IMG/VR virus record: IMGVR_UViG_3300042988_000595
Span: 1 to 61,046 of that record
DNA: 61,046 bases
From: a virus
Lineage: Duplodnaviria > Caudoviricetes
Direction: 5' to 3' (one strand)
Under the pieces are notes generated by a model, which searched no databases, was not told the DNA's origin, and saw only the letters and a program-made list of their open reading frames with translations. This document shows, piece by piece, positions 45,240-55,103 of this stretch. Position 1 is the stretch's first letter; each line of letters begins with the position of its first letter. The position numbers and the translations under genes are program-made.

Positions 45240-48200
45240 CCGCAATCTCACTGATAAGCGCCCCGCCACCTAACTTGCTGGCCACAATCCTGTAGCACGG
45301 GACAATCATCGGTGGAGCTCCGTTCACCCCTTGCATCAAGTTCACACGGTCCGTCTGACGTTCCATGATATTGCTGGTGGTTAGCCGACCGACGATGAAG
45401 TCCACGTTCAGGTGCTTCGATGTGATCCACTTCTCCAGTGCCGACTTGTGGATGTACAGTCGATCGAGGAATTGTTCATAGCGCCCCACCGCAGCAACGC
45501 GAGGTGTTGTTGACTCGAGCACGGTGTACACCCCGTTCACACATTTGGTCGCCGTGATGATCTTACCGGTATGTTCTGCCAAGAATGACCCCATCGTCTC
45601 GATGGGATCGCAGGTACCGTTGCGAAGCTTGAACGCGTTGTCCTTGAGGTATTGGATCAACCACACGATGACGGGCTCGAGGTCGAACTTGATCAGTCCC
45701 AACTGCTTGGCGATGATGCCTCCGACGACAGCCGATGCTGCAGCACCGATCCAGAAACGACCTTCGCGTGGCACACCCGACGCAGCCGACAGTTGCTCTT
45801 TCATCTGCTTAACCTTTTCCTGAACCAGCTCCTCATTGTTCAGAACCCAGGTCATGAATACTTCGCCGGCCAGACCGTAGTCGCTTTCAAAAAGGTCGGA
45901 CAGCACTTCGCCGCAGAAGTCTTGCCACACGTGGTTCTTCTCGATGCGGAACTCCATGATGCGTGCGGCGAGAGGGGAATTGTCAGCCTTGAACGCCTTG
46001 GTCTTCTCCAACAGAGAAGTGTTGGTTGTGAAGATGCCGATCATCGCGTGACGAATGCGGTCCACATTAGCACTGGTGGCGTCAGACTTCAGGCGGGATT
46101 TGTCCTTACCGTTGGAGAAGTCGTAGATGAAGTGGCTGATCTCTTCTGGGACAGCGTCGGTACATTCGTCAATCAAGACGGGGATATTCTTGTACTTCGA
46201 TACGTGAGCTCGAAGCGAATTCTTTGTGTCAGTCCAGTTGCGCAACATGTCTTTCGGGTAGCCCCAAATAGAGGCGGCAAAACTGCCGACCGACGTTTTC
46301 CCCGCACCCGTCTCGCCAAGCAGAGAGATCGCTGTGGCGCTGGCCATACCTTGGTAACGCATGAATGGCGATCCGAAGCCGCACATCAGGACAAACGCCT
46401 GCATCTCGAAGCCTGGGCGAGCCAGCATCTCGGTTGCACTAACCCACCGGTCGAGGCTACCACGCGAGTGGCACTCTTTCGACTCAACCTTAATTCGAGA
46501 GGAGATACCTGCCTCAGTTACACCGTTCTTGGTGGCCAGTCGGTTACCGATGACGAAACCGGCGACATCCTGCTCACGACCTTCGACGTCTCGTGAGATT
46601 GCCCAACCCATGGATGCATGGAGTGGTATCGTTTTTACGTTCTGATTCATATCGCGAATCATGGCTTGCAGAAATGTCGTCATAGCTTTCGCATGTTCCG
46701 GATTGATGAAGATACCCTGATCGTACAACCACGTCAGCGTTGACTTCGGGTCGGCCATGATGCTGCACTTGATCTGGGTCTCGCGTATGTCGCCATGCGG
46801 GTCACGGTAGCACACGTTGGTTATAAGGACATCGTTCTGCAGGTCGCGAGCATTGCGGCTCACCCAGACATCGTAGTCACAAATGGTGATCGGTGCCGGC
46901 AGATTGTCGTCAACGACTTGAATACCCTTCACCGTACGGCGGAAGCTCCCGATCTGCAGTGGCGGCTTGTAAATCGACTGTTCCATCGACACAACGATGT
47001 CGCCGATCGGCTTGATATTGATGTCCGGAGTCTCGGGTAGAAGCTCATCGGCCTCTGCACCCAGCTGCAATGGGAAAGCGACTTTACCTTTGAACTTGCA
47101 ACCGGTACAGCCGCTCGGATTTTTAGACTCGAACGCGGCACACGACGATGGACCCGTGGTGCGGTCCTTCCACTGGATGATCTTCTCAGATGTAGCGGCA
47201 GCGCTGTATTGTGGATGGCCAGATGACCATTCTTGAAAGAACGCTTCGCCGTTGATGCAGTGGCCAACCGTGCCGGCCATCAGATACCAAACAGGCTCAT
47301 CGACGTTACCGCGCACCTTGCGGAAGTGGTTTACCTGCAGACACTTGGATGCAACAAGCTCGGCGTTCGCCGGAGGAAACTCAGATGGGCGCAGAATGGC
47401 TGCGGCAACACCGGTCGGGGCGGCACGCTCCTGAGACTTAAGAACGGCCGTCGGATTAGCATTGCGCAGGCACTCAGTGACGGTCGCCTCAAACTCACCA
47501 TAGGTGTAGTCGCGATCAACCTCTTCGATCACCTTAACTTCGAGCGGCTCACCCTTACGGTGCCAAGTGCCGCAAAGGCGCATGAGTGACGCTGCGTCGG
47601 CCGTACGCATTGGGTCGGCCTTCAGTCCGAGCGACTGAGTCAAAGACTTGAACTTATCAGCGACAGAGCGCCATGCATTGGCCGTCAGAGACTCGTTGAG
47701 CTTCCAGTAGGCGTGTACCCCACGGCCGGACGATAGAACCAGTGTGGGCTGCAGCTTGGTTGCGTGAACGAAGCTATTGAGACCTTTGCGAGCTGACTCT
47801 TGTGAGTCATATTTGTCCAACTCTTTCAGGTACTCGTTGATCTCTACCTGCAGCTCCGGAGCCAACTGGCTGATCACGTCCTGGCGATTGGGTAAAACGG
47901 CGAGCTGACGTACGTATTGATCCAAATTCTCAGGGATAGGCTTGGCAACGTCGAGGTCCACCCAAAACGAACCGACACCGACGACGTTCTTGGTTGAACG
48001 GCTGGGGTTACCATACTTGTTTAGCGTGGGCTCTTCCGTGTAAGACGCAGTGGCGTACCAGATACCCTTCGTAGCATTAACTACCGACGCATGGATGGCA
48101 TACGTGCAAGCGCCCTCTGCTGTACGAAACCAATGATGTCTTGGAGCAACGTCGCCATCACGCTGTGTGGCAATACAATACACACCACCGGCTGGGGTGG

Positions 48201-48348
48201 TCGTCATCAGCTGCTTATAGGCTGCACGGATTGCAGTCGTGGCCTCGAACGGTGCTCCGCTCGGATCAACAGTAACGCTTGTCAACTCTGACCATAGCTG
48301 CGCAGTCAGAGCGTCATCAGTTTTAATATTCTGTAACAAGGGTGCCAT
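45229..48348 (-). CDS. Primase-helicase (AEP-type primase plus DUF927-like/SF3 helicase)
   Basis: FWVDLD, SSGRGVHAYW, MRLCGT, CxxC cluster, GETGAGKTS, VLIDE. Exact start uncertain (48339-48366). Confidence 0.85.
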   Translation of the reverse strand: MAPLLQNIKTDDALTAQLWSELTSVTVDPSGAPFEATTAIRAAYKQLMTTTPAGGVYCIATQRDGDVAPRHHWFRTAEGACTYAIHASVVNATKGIWYATASYTEEPTLNKYGNPSRSTKNVVGVGSFWVDLDVAKPIPENLDQYVRQLAVLPNRQDVISQLAPELQVEINEYLKELDKYDSQESARKGLNSFVHATKLQPTLVLSSGRGVHAYWKLNESLTANAWRSVADKFKSLTQSLGLKADPMRTADAASLMRLCGTWHRKGEPLEVKVIEEVDRDYTYGEFEATVTECLRNANPTAVLKSQERAAPTGVAAAILRPSEFPPANAELVASKCLQVNHFRKVRGNVDEPVWYLMAGTVGHCINGEAFFQEWSSGHPQYSAAATSEKIIQWKDRTTGPSSCAAFESKNPSGCTGCKFKGKVAFPLQLGAEADELLPETPDINIKPIGDIVVSMEQSIYKPPLQIGSFRRTVKGIQVVDDNLPAPITICDYDVWVSRNARDLQNDVLITNVCYRDPHGDIRETQIKCSIMADPKSTLTWLYDQGIFINPEHAKAMTTFLQAMIRDMNQNVKTIPLHASMGWAISRDVEGREQDVAGFVIGNRLATKNGVTEAGISSRIKVESKECHSRGSLDRWVSATEMLARPGFEMQAFVLMCGFGSPFMRYQGMASATAISLLGETGAGKTSVGSFAASIWGYPKDMLRNWTDTKNSLRAHVSKYKNIPVLIDECTDAVPEEISHFIYDFSNGKDKSRLKSDATSANVDRIRHAMIGIFTTNTSLLEKTKAFKADNSPLAARIMEFRIEKNHVWQDFCGEVLSDLFESDYGLAGEVFMTWVLNNEELVQEKVKQMKEQLSAASGVPREGRFWIGAAASAVVGGIIAKQLGLIKFDLEPVIVWLIQYLKDNAFKLRNGTCDPIETMGSFLAEHTGKIITATKCVNGVYTVLESTTPRVAAVGRYEQFLDRLYIHKSALEKWITSKHLNVDFIVGRLTTSNIMERQTDRVNLMQGVNGAPPMIVPCYRIVASKLGGGALISEIADAK

Positions 48349-48375
48349 CCTTTGTTTGCCATCCAATTATAAGGT

Positions 48376-48452
48376 GCCGCAGGGACAGAGGGAGAGAGGG
48401 GATGGCGGTCCGTTGTCCTCTTGGGTTGGGAGACAAACCCAGTCCCTGCGGC
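48376..48452 (-). other. Structured 5' leader of the primase gene
   Basis: 11 bp perfect inverted repeat gccgcagggac/gtccctgcggc enclosing two internal hairpins. Confidence 0.6.
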
Positions 48453-48460
48453 GAAAACGC

Positions 48461-48489
48461 ATTCTATAGAGAACCTTAACGTTAATCAA
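48461..48489 (-). promoter_or_regulatory. Promoter TTGATT-17-TAGAAT overlapped by inverted repeat agaacctt-N10-aaggttct
   Basis: Read on the minus strand. Confidence 0.65.
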
Positions 48490-48507
48490 GGTTCTGGAAC
48501 AATACGC

Positions 48508-48969
48508 TTAGAGTGAGACGTTCACGCCAAGGGCACTGAGAAGATCGGTCGGCAAGGGGGCCGGAGCAGCTTGGCCACCAATCACGGGTGCAGCAACCAG
48601 TGGTTCTGCGGATGGGTTGGATGAAACACCTGGCATCTGGAAGTTGAAGTTAGGGACACCAGCAGGGGGCGCCTCAACAACATGTGCCGGCGCAAGAACT
48701 TCGACTTCGGAAGGTTGCACCTCGATCACCACCGGTTCAGAAGCCTGCTTTTCAGCCTCAATCTCCTGCTTGGTGCGACGCTTGCGCTTGGTCGTTTCGA
48801 CTTCCTGAGTTTCTGCGGCCGGCTCTACAACAACTTCACCTGCTTTAGCATCAAACTGATGAGTGCTATCTGACTTAACAGCAGAAACACCAGCGCCAGC
48901 CAGTTCTGCAATGATTTTTTTGAATTCTTCAATTGAATCCACCTCGATACTGAAATTAATCTTTGCCAT
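48508..48969 (-). CDS. Hypothetical protein with KRKRRTK motif and low-complexity tail
   Basis: 153 aa ORF with RBS. Confidence 0.7.
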   Translation of the reverse strand: MAKINFSIEVDSIEEFKKIIAELAGAGVSAVKSDSTHQFDAKAGEVVVEPAAETQEVETTKRKRRTKQEIEAEKQASEPVVIEVQPSEVEVLAPAHVVEAPPAGVPNFNFQMPGVSSNPSAEPLVAAPVIGGQAAPAPLPTDLLSALGVNVSL

Positions 48970-48985
48970 TTTCTTATCCTTTTTG

Positions 48986-49007
48986 ATGGAGGGGCGAACC
49001 CCTCCGT
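48986..49007 (-). other. UUCG hairpin after the SSB-like gene
   Basis: acggagggg-ttcg-cccctccat on the minus strand. No U-tract follows, so stabiliser or attenuator rather than a clear terminator. Confidence 0.5.
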
Positions 49008-49012
49008 TTACA

Positions 49013-50041
49013 TTAACCCATCACACCTTGCAGGGCGTTCAACAATGCAGCCGGTGCTGCGCTAATTGCCGGTGCCGGTTGAGTGGTAGGAGCCGGAGCT
49101 ACTGCAGGTTGAACCACAGGGGATGTGGCTGGGGCAGCAACACCGAATCCAAACTGAGGCACCGCGATTGATGGCCCAGCATCCAACTGAGTCGGAACCG
49201 GCGGGACTTGAACTTGCTGCACAGGGGCAGGCGCAGCGACTTGTACTTGCGGGACAACCGCCGGAGCTTGAGCAACCTGGACGTTCTCCATCGGACGGAT
49301 GTTCGCACCTACCAACTCCTTCAGTTTGTCGGTATTACCGTCGATGTAATCGGCGATATAAACCATGGCTTGCTCGGGCAACTGAGCGTTGAAGATGAAG
49401 TTCAGACGCTGGCCATCAGCCGATTCGTCAAACGTCAAGCGGGTCAGTACGATTTCGACCGGAAGACCTTTGGACGACAGGGTCTTGACGTACGCACCCA
49501 GATTCTTCAGCGAACCGGCAGGGATAGACAGACCGAATGCTTTCGGCTTGCCATCGGTCATGAAGAAGTTGTTGGTGCTCGGGTCGATCGGCAGGAACGC
49601 CATGCGCTGTGAGTCGCCACACGCCTTAACCTTCTTGCCAGACTGGCTGATCTTGCTGCCCCAGATGGCTTGTGGGCAGGTTGCACAACGCTGAGACTGC
49701 GGGTTCTTCACACCGACGTCCGGACCGATACCATTGGATGATGCGCAATCCGGAGACTTGTCTTCGGCATCCTTATCGTATGCCTTGGTGTAGAAGGACT
49801 TGCTCAGGTTCGGGTTGGCGAATACGAACACGCCGTCGATGTGCAACTGCTGCAGAACAACTTCATCCATACCAGCTTGGTTGATACGGAAGCGACCGCC
49901 ACGGATGCTGATACGATCCAGCTCTACGCCGCCACCAAGGTTGGCCAGAACGGACGCAGTGTTGAAGGATGCCAGACGAGCCTGAAGGGCTGCTGGGAGG
50001 TTTGATGCTTGGAAAGCTACGATTTGATTGGACATTGCCAT
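49013..50041 (-). CDS. Putative ssDNA-binding/annealing protein
   Basis: RISIRGGRF, PDCASSNG, CATCPQAIWGS, KAC motifs and Pro/Ala-rich tail. Confidence 0.6.
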   Translation of the reverse strand: MAMSNQIVAFQASNLPAALQARLASFNTASVLANLGGGVELDRISIRGGRFRINQAGMDEVVLQQLHIDGVFVFANPNLSKSFYTKAYDKDAEDKSPDCASSNGIGPDVGVKNPQSQRCATCPQAIWGSKISQSGKKVKACGDSQRMAFLPIDPSTNNFFMTDGKPKAFGLSIPAGSLKNLGAYVKTLSSKGLPVEIVLTRLTFDESADGQRLNFIFNAQLPEQAMVYIADYIDGNTDKLKELVGANIRPMENVQVAQAPAVVPQVQVAAPAPVQQVQVPPVPTQLDAGPSIAVPQFGFGVAAPATSPVVQPAVAPAPTTQPAPAISAAPAALLNALQGVMG

Positions 50042-50073
50042 CTCCTAAATAAGAGTCAGGTGACTCAAAACGA

Positions 50074-50102
50074 ATACTACAGTACTTTCATTACAGTGTA
50101 AA
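50074..50102 (-). promoter_or_regulatory. Promoter TTTACA-17-TAGTAT
   Basis: Read on the minus strand upstream of 50041. Confidence 0.6.
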
Positions 50103-50105
50103 GAA

Positions 50106-50522
50106 TTATTTGCTCTTTCCACGGCGGATTTGAACTTCTTTTACAGCGGTATAGTTCAGACCTGGGGGCAGGTGACCGGTGTTTTCCTTGTACTCAAGGC
50201 AGTGAGTCTTTGATGCCGAGACCGTCAGGAAGTTGAGATCGTCCTGCTGCTTAACGAACTCCACAAACGTAGACTTGTCTGCCACTTTGAGATACTCAGA
50301 AGTCTTGATGAATGCTGTACCAGCGCTGGTGCTAAACGACGTTTCGCCCTTCTGCACCATGTCAGACAGAAGGTAATTTTCAATGACGCCCTGGCGCTCT
50401 TTCAGTTTTGCAATCTCAGCCTTGTGCGCAGCTTCCTTTGCATCAATCTCATCTCGCAGCTCCACAAACTTCGCCACAATCTGGTCTCGGGTAAATACAA
50501 CTTGTTCACTCATGGTTGCCAT
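50106..50522 (-). CDS. Conserved replication-module protein
   Basis: Coiled coil, TSAGTAF, LPPGL. Start moved downstream of its promoter. Confidence 0.7.
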   Translation of the reverse strand: MATMSEQVVFTRDQIVAKFVELRDEIDAKEAAHKAEIAKLKERQGVIENYLLSDMVQKGETSFSTSAGTAFIKTSEYLKVADKSTFVEFVKQQDDLNFLTVSASKTHCLEYKENTGHLPPGLNYTAVKEVQIRRGKSK

Positions 50523-50545
50523 CCTTACGGGTTGTTGATGTGAAT

Positions 50546-50573
50546 ATTCTATCTTGTTTACAAACCTTGTCAA
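50546..50573 (-). promoter_or_regulatory. Promoter TTGACA-16-TAGAAT overlapped by palindrome 50557-50573
   Basis: Read on the minus strand. Confidence 0.8.
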
Positions 50574-52151
50574 CTATTTCTGAACATATTTTTTACTGTC
50601 CTCAGCGACAATTTCCAAGAAGGAACCTTGCATTTTACCCTTGTGTTCGAGTTTTTCATACATAACTTCTTCGCACGGGCTACCTACAATGTGGCACACC
50701 ACGGTGCGGTCTTTTGAGTCCAGTCGTTGGTTACGGGCCAAGGCTTGTTCGTAGATTTCTGCATCGTACAAAGGTGTTGCCCAGATCATCGTGCTGGCGG
50801 CGTTCAGGGTCAAACCATGGGATACCGTGTTCGGGTGACACAGCAGAATATGAGGGTCTTTCTGGTTCTCGAAATTGTTGAATATGTCTCGGCGAGCGTT
50901 GACCGACGTGCGGCCGTCAACCACAGACACTGTATATTTCCGCTTGGTGAGCTCGTCAGCCAGTCGGTCAATCAGGGCGGTCAGTCCGGCGAAGATGATA
51001 ACTTTGCGTTCAGACTCCTCAATCACCTCAAGGATAGCCTCAAGGCGTGGTCCAAACGGGAGTAGGGTAGCCTTACCTTCTTCGTCGTACGCCACACCGG
51101 CTGCAATCTGGGCGAGCTTAAGAATCTTCACACCTTCATTGACGGCCGTCACCTGCTGCGCCTGATACTCTGCGGTCAGGTGCTTACGCATCGCTTCATA
51201 GGCCACATGCTGCTCTTTGGTCATCTGCACGGTGCGCGTCTCGAAAATCCGATCGGGCAGCTCTCGGCAGTCGGCCAGACTGAAACGGATACTCGGCTGC
51301 ATGAAGTTGATGACAGTTTGCTCTGCACCCGCTTTCGGGATGTCGATGAACTGGTTCACCGTGTTGCACACCGCCTGCTTGAACGTGGTGAAGTATGGAT
51401 ATTTGTTTTTTGTCCACACTGGGCGCAGAAGTTTTACTTGGCCATAGGCAGCTACCGGCGAGTTGGCAATCGGCGTGCCAGTCATACCGATCAACCAAGC
51501 GTGTTCACGATGTGCGTTCATCACCGCATTCAGTGACGCCCAGCGGCCGGACTTGTGGTTCTTTGCACAGGTTAACTCATCTACGTTGATGCAACAGAAC
51601 TTACGGGTGTCACACAGCGCCTTTTCAATAGTCTTGATACCGTCAGGGTTGATCACATACACATCTGCCGGTAGCTCCAGAAGTTTCTCACGACGCGACT
51701 TCGAACCATGCAGAACTGTCACTTTAAGGTGTGGGAAACCAAGGAAGAATGTCTTAGCCCATGTGGCATCCAGCGTGCTCAACGGGGCAACAATCAGCAC
51801 CGGCCGCTTCGTTTCTTTGATCATGATGTCCATAGCCCAGGCCGAGCTGAGCGTCTTCCCTGTACCTTGGCTAGACAGAACAAAGGATTCTCGGTTGGAC
51901 AAGATGAAATTGGTCGTTGCCACCTGATGTGAGTAAGGCTTCTTACCACCATGCCACTCGTAGTCAGGGGCAACCGGAGGAATACCCATCACTACTGCGT
52001 TATTGATGCTGTGCGGGATAAACAGGTAGTTCTGATTGGCATGAGCGAACGCTTTTACATCCGTCAAACCCGCAGGAATCTCCTGTACATACGGGTGAAT
52101 GTAACCTTTGTATTGTGCTGCATAAGTCAGGTTTGACGTAGTAAATGTCAT
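50574..52151 (-). CDS. SNF2-like superfamily 2 helicase
   Basis: QGTGKT, VDE, MTGTP, HGLTL, QALARNQR motifs. Confidence 0.9.
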   Translation of the reverse strand: MTFTTSNLTYAAQYKGYIHPYVQEIPAGLTDVKAFAHANQNYLFIPHSINNAVVMGIPPVAPDYEWHGGKKPYSHQVATTNFILSNRESFVLSSQGTGKTLSSAWAMDIMIKETKRPVLIVAPLSTLDATWAKTFFLGFPHLKVTVLHGSKSRREKLLELPADVYVINPDGIKTIEKALCDTRKFCCINVDELTCAKNHKSGRWASLNAVMNAHREHAWLIGMTGTPIANSPVAAYGQVKLLRPVWTKNKYPYFTTFKQAVCNTVNQFIDIPKAGAEQTVINFMQPSIRFSLADCRELPDRIFETRTVQMTKEQHVAYEAMRKHLTAEYQAQQVTAVNEGVKILKLAQIAAGVAYDEEGKATLLPFGPRLEAILEVIEESERKVIIFAGLTALIDRLADELTKRKYTVSVVDGRTSVNARRDIFNNFENQKDPHILLCHPNTVSHGLTLNAASTMIWATPLYDAEIYEQALARNQRLDSKDRTVVCHIVGSPCEEVMYEKLEHKGKMQGSFLEIVAEDSKKYVQK

Positions 52152-52519
52152 TTCTTCTTCCAATAGTTCAACGTTAAAGTGTTATAGCCTTCGTATTCTT
52201 CAGGTGAATCCAACACGCCCTTCAAAGCAGCAACGTCATCGTCTTCGCCGTCGAACACCAGTGCGATCCCGCTGAACCGACTCACGCCGTTCAAGAACTT
52301 CGCTTGCAGTGCGGAACACCCTCGATTGGCCTCACCGCGACGCCCTGGTCGCTTAACTTCAATGGCGATGAACATGCCGTTCTTCAAACCCAGTCGGTCG
52401 GAGATACCCGACACGCCCATACCGCCGGCAGGGATTGGGAAGTTCATCACCCCGAGCTCATCAAGAAGGGCTTTCAGCTTCTTTTTGGCCCAGTTCTCAT
52501 CGTAGGTCTTAGTGGTCAT
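52148..52519 (-). CDS. VRR-NUC / PD-(D/E)XK resolvase-like nuclease
   Basis: GVSGISD...FIAIEVKRPG...ALQ. Confidence 0.8.
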   Translation of the reverse strand: MTTKTYDENWAKKKLKALLDELGVMNFPIPAGGMGVSGISDRLGLKNGMFIAIEVKRPGRRGEANRGCSALQAKFLNGVSRFSGIALVFDGEDDDVAALKGVLDSPEEYEGYNTLTLNYWKKK

Positions 52520-53036
52520 TTTGTTTTGCCTCAGCCTTCAGTGCAGCATATGCAATGCAATCTTCTGCGGAATCTTGGTGATAGCCTGGTCGTTGCCACA
52601 AGCGGACGTCCTTCAGAATTTGAAGAAGTAACCATCCTTCTGCCTCTGTGAGGTTTTTCTCAGTGATAACGTTGAAGGCGGCGACACATTTACCCATGCT
52701 TCGCTCACCTTCCGGCTTATCGTATTGCTTTCCGCGCTCATCCATCAGTTGAGCAGCCTTCTTCAACAACTCCGATGCCTTTGTGGCCGTCGAGCGATTT
52801 TCTGAGCTGACCACATCGTTCACACCGATCGACACAATCCGGTAGCTCATGGCGTAGCTCCAATTGATGTCTTTTGCCTTTGCGGAATCCAGCATGTTTC
52901 TGTAGCGAGTTTGAACTACGTACTCAGGGTCCACAGGGCACGATCCACCGGACCACTTGATCCAGCCGGCACTATCCATTTTCATCGCGTTATCCTTTTC
53001 TCTATGTTGTCGAACCAAATCCATAATCGTACTCAT
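52509..53036 (-). CDS. DUF6378-like domain protein with N-terminal WxGGxCPV domain
   Basis: ERGKQYD..GERSM...AFN...EGWL...LKDVR...DSAED.IAYAAL. Confidence 0.6.
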   Translation of the reverse strand: MSTIMDLVRQHREKDNAMKMDSAGWIKWSGGSCPVDPEYVVQTRYRNMLDSAKAKDINWSYAMSYRIVSIGVNDVVSSENRSTATKASELLKKAAQLMDERGKQYDKPEGERSMGKCVAAFNVITEKNLTEAEGWLLLQILKDVRLWQRPGYHQDSAEDCIAYAALKAEAKQNDH

Positions 53037-53737
53037 TTTGCTCGGTAACCCCCTTTGGCATACTCACAAAGACCTGCGAAATTGGCGCTGCACCAACCAC
53101 ATAGCCCAGTTGGTTTGGCTTGCCACACGTCGGTCTCGTGAGCTTTCTTGATGCGTTCGTAGCGTTCGACCCGTGCGTCCCAGATGCGCTTCATATCTTT
53201 GTCGCGAGTCAGCGTGCGGAAACTAATGAACTGAACAGGATCACGTTCTTTAAGCCACATGTAGCCGGCCGTAACCTCTTTGACGTCAGGAAAGCGCATC
53301 CAGATTGTTAAGGCGTAGAGCTCCACCTGTTCAAACTTGGAATGCCGCTTGCCCGTCTTGTAGTCCACGACCCATGCTTTCGGGCCTTTGACTGCTTCAA
53401 AGTCGGTGTACCCCCGTAGAAACACGTCCGGACTCTTAAAGTCACACATCTGAGCTTGGTGGTTGAACGCCCACTCGGTTTCAACGTTGCGGTAGTCACA
53501 GTCGAATGTACGCATGTGCTCCAACGCCGGTCGGAAGTCATCCAGCATCACCGTGGTCAGCGTGTCCGATTCACCCTTTACGAACTCTTCGCAGGCAGTG
53601 TGAACTGTTGTCCCCCAACGAGTAGCTTCCGTCTCCAAATACGGTGCATCATTAGCAACATACCGGTGGAAGTACTGTCGAGGGCAGCTCTCAAATGTAT
53701 CCATTGAAGAGTGACTTTGCGGTGGAACCTGAGTCAC
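53033..53737 (-). CDS. PD-(D/E)XK (Cas4/RecB-like) exonuclease
   Basis: FESCPRQY, GTTVH, VVDYKTGK, Q..LYA, LCGWC. GTGA-coupled start. Confidence 0.85.
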   Translation of the reverse strand: MTQVPPQSHSSMDTFESCPRQYFHRYVANDAPYLETEATRWGTTVHTACEEFVKGESDTLTTVMLDDFRPALEHMRTFDCDYRNVETEWAFNHQAQMCDFKSPDVFLRGYTDFEAVKGPKAWVVDYKTGKRHSKFEQVELYALTIWMRFPDVKEVTAGYMWLKERDPVQFISFRTLTRDKDMKRIWDARVERYERIKKAHETDVWQAKPTGLCGWCSANFAGLCEYAKGGYRAK

Positions 53738-54270
53738 AGAACCAACCCCGTGGTTTTGCAAATCTTGATCAGATGCATTGCTTGCTTGATCGCATCATCC
53801 AAGCCATTGTGGGCGACACCGTATTCATCCGGCGGGATTTGCTTCAGCAGCTGCTTGAACGTGCGGTAACAACGATCTTGCCAGAACATCCAAGGTTGAG
53901 GTTTACCGGCACGCTTGTAGGCATTACCGACGATGACGTTGTCGAATGTGGCACCGTTGCCCCACACACCTGACTCCTTGGTCATATTGCGCTTGCAGAA
54001 CTCGGAGAAACCATCGAGTGCCGCTTGGATAGAAATCTGTGGGCCTTTATCAAACTCAGCTCGAGCTGCATCCGACTGCTTCAGCCACCAGAGGACAGTT
54101 GACACGTCCATGGTCAAGCCGATTTCTTGGCACGATTCAGGGTTGATTCGCATGTGGTACTGATCCACGATACCTTGTTCAACATTGAACGCCACAGCGC
54201 CGATCTGGGTGATGACTGCGTTACTACTGTTACCCAGCGTCTCAATGTCCATCATGATTTCAAGCTTCAC
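53734..54270 (-). CDS. DEDDh 3'-5' exonuclease (Rv2179c/ExoVIII-like)
   Basis: MMDIETLG, WGNGATFD, RCYRT, HNGLDDA. Confidence 0.85.
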   Translation of the reverse strand: MKLEIMMDIETLGNSSNAVITQIGAVAFNVEQGIVDQYHMRINPESCQEIGLTMDVSTVLWWLKQSDAARAEFDKGPQISIQAALDGFSEFCKRNMTKESGVWGNGATFDNVIVGNAYKRAGKPQPWMFWQDRCYRTFKQLLKQIPPDEYGVAHNGLDDAIKQAMHLIKICKTTGLVL

Positions 54271-54506
54271 TTTTCGATCTCCTCGTAGCGCATCGGTGTG
54301 ATTACAAGTTTGATACCCATCAGTGGGTGCAGTGCCTCTGGAATGTGACGTTTGCCGCTCAACAACAGGCTCATGTAGGACTCACTGATACCGAACTTCT
54401 CGCGAAATTCACGACGTCCACCGACACTTCCGACTAATGCTGAAAAACGGTCGAGCACCCAATTTGGGACTTCGACGTATTTGAGATGATACTTTTTGCG
54501 ATCCAT
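54267..54506 (-). CDS. Cro/XRE-like HTH protein
   Basis: REFREKFGISESYMSLLLSGKR. Confidence 0.7.
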   Translation of the reverse strand: MDRKKYHLKYVEVPNWVLDRFSALVGSVGGRREFREKFGISESYMSLLLSGKRHIPEALHPLMGIKLVITPMRYEEIEK

Positions 54507-54545
54507 GACTACCTCCTTTATTCACATTGTAAAGTAAACTAATGC

Positions 54546-55088
54546 TTACTTCAAACCTTTTCCGGCCATGACAGTCTTGTCGCCGTTGTACTGCCCACGT
54601 GATGCATAGCTACGGTCGGCCGGTACTTCTTCATGCTCAAAGAAGACCATCTGTCCACACTTCTGGCCAGGGATGATTCGTACACAATGGAATCGATTAT
54701 GGTTAGTCAGTTCAAGCGTAAGCACTGAGCCGTTCCAGCCAGCGTCAGCCCAGCCTGCGTTGAAGTGATCGATGAAATTGCGAGCCATGGTTGACTTCAG
54801 TTTGTACTCTGCTGAAATATGGGCCGGCAGGTTGAACACCTCTGCTGTTTCGGCAAGAATAGACTCGCCTGGCTGCAGAACGTAGCCCGAGTCGTCCATC
54901 ACGATGCGAGACAGGTGCGACCCTGACTTATCCAGCATGTTGATGATACCGTCACGCTGGTTCTCAACCATGATGTTCTTGCCGAGCACCAAGTCGATGC
55001 TGGCCGAGTTGATATTCTCGTAACAAGAATTCTCGATCACACCTTGTTCAATCAGCTTACACAGCCCGTTATGGGAAATTACACTCAT
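54546..55088 (-). CDS. dcd: dCTP deaminase (trimeric dUTPase superfamily)
   Basis: SIDLVLG, LKSTMAR, AGWADAGWNG.LTLEL, GQMVF, GQY. Confidence 0.85.
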   Translation of the reverse strand: MSVISHNGLCKLIEQGVIENSCYENINSASIDLVLGKNIMVENQRDGIINMLDKSGSHLSRIVMDDSGYVLQPGESILAETAEVFNLPAHISAEYKLKSTMARNFIDHFNAGWADAGWNGSVLTLELTNHNRFHCVRIIPGQKCGQMVFFEHEEVPADRSYASRGQYNGDKTVMAGKGLK

Positions 55089-55103
55089 ACATCCTCCTTT
55101 TAG

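Noticed and set aside
45652-46596. 314 aa plus-strand ORF and other long antisense ORFs (e.g. 11060-11716, 22409-23077, 23068-23742)
   Set aside because: They shadow well-supported genes on the opposite strand, with no RBS or motifs.
53033-53737. Cas4-like gene as part of a CRISPR system
   Set aside because: No repeat-spacer array or other cas genes. The context is a replication/recombination module.
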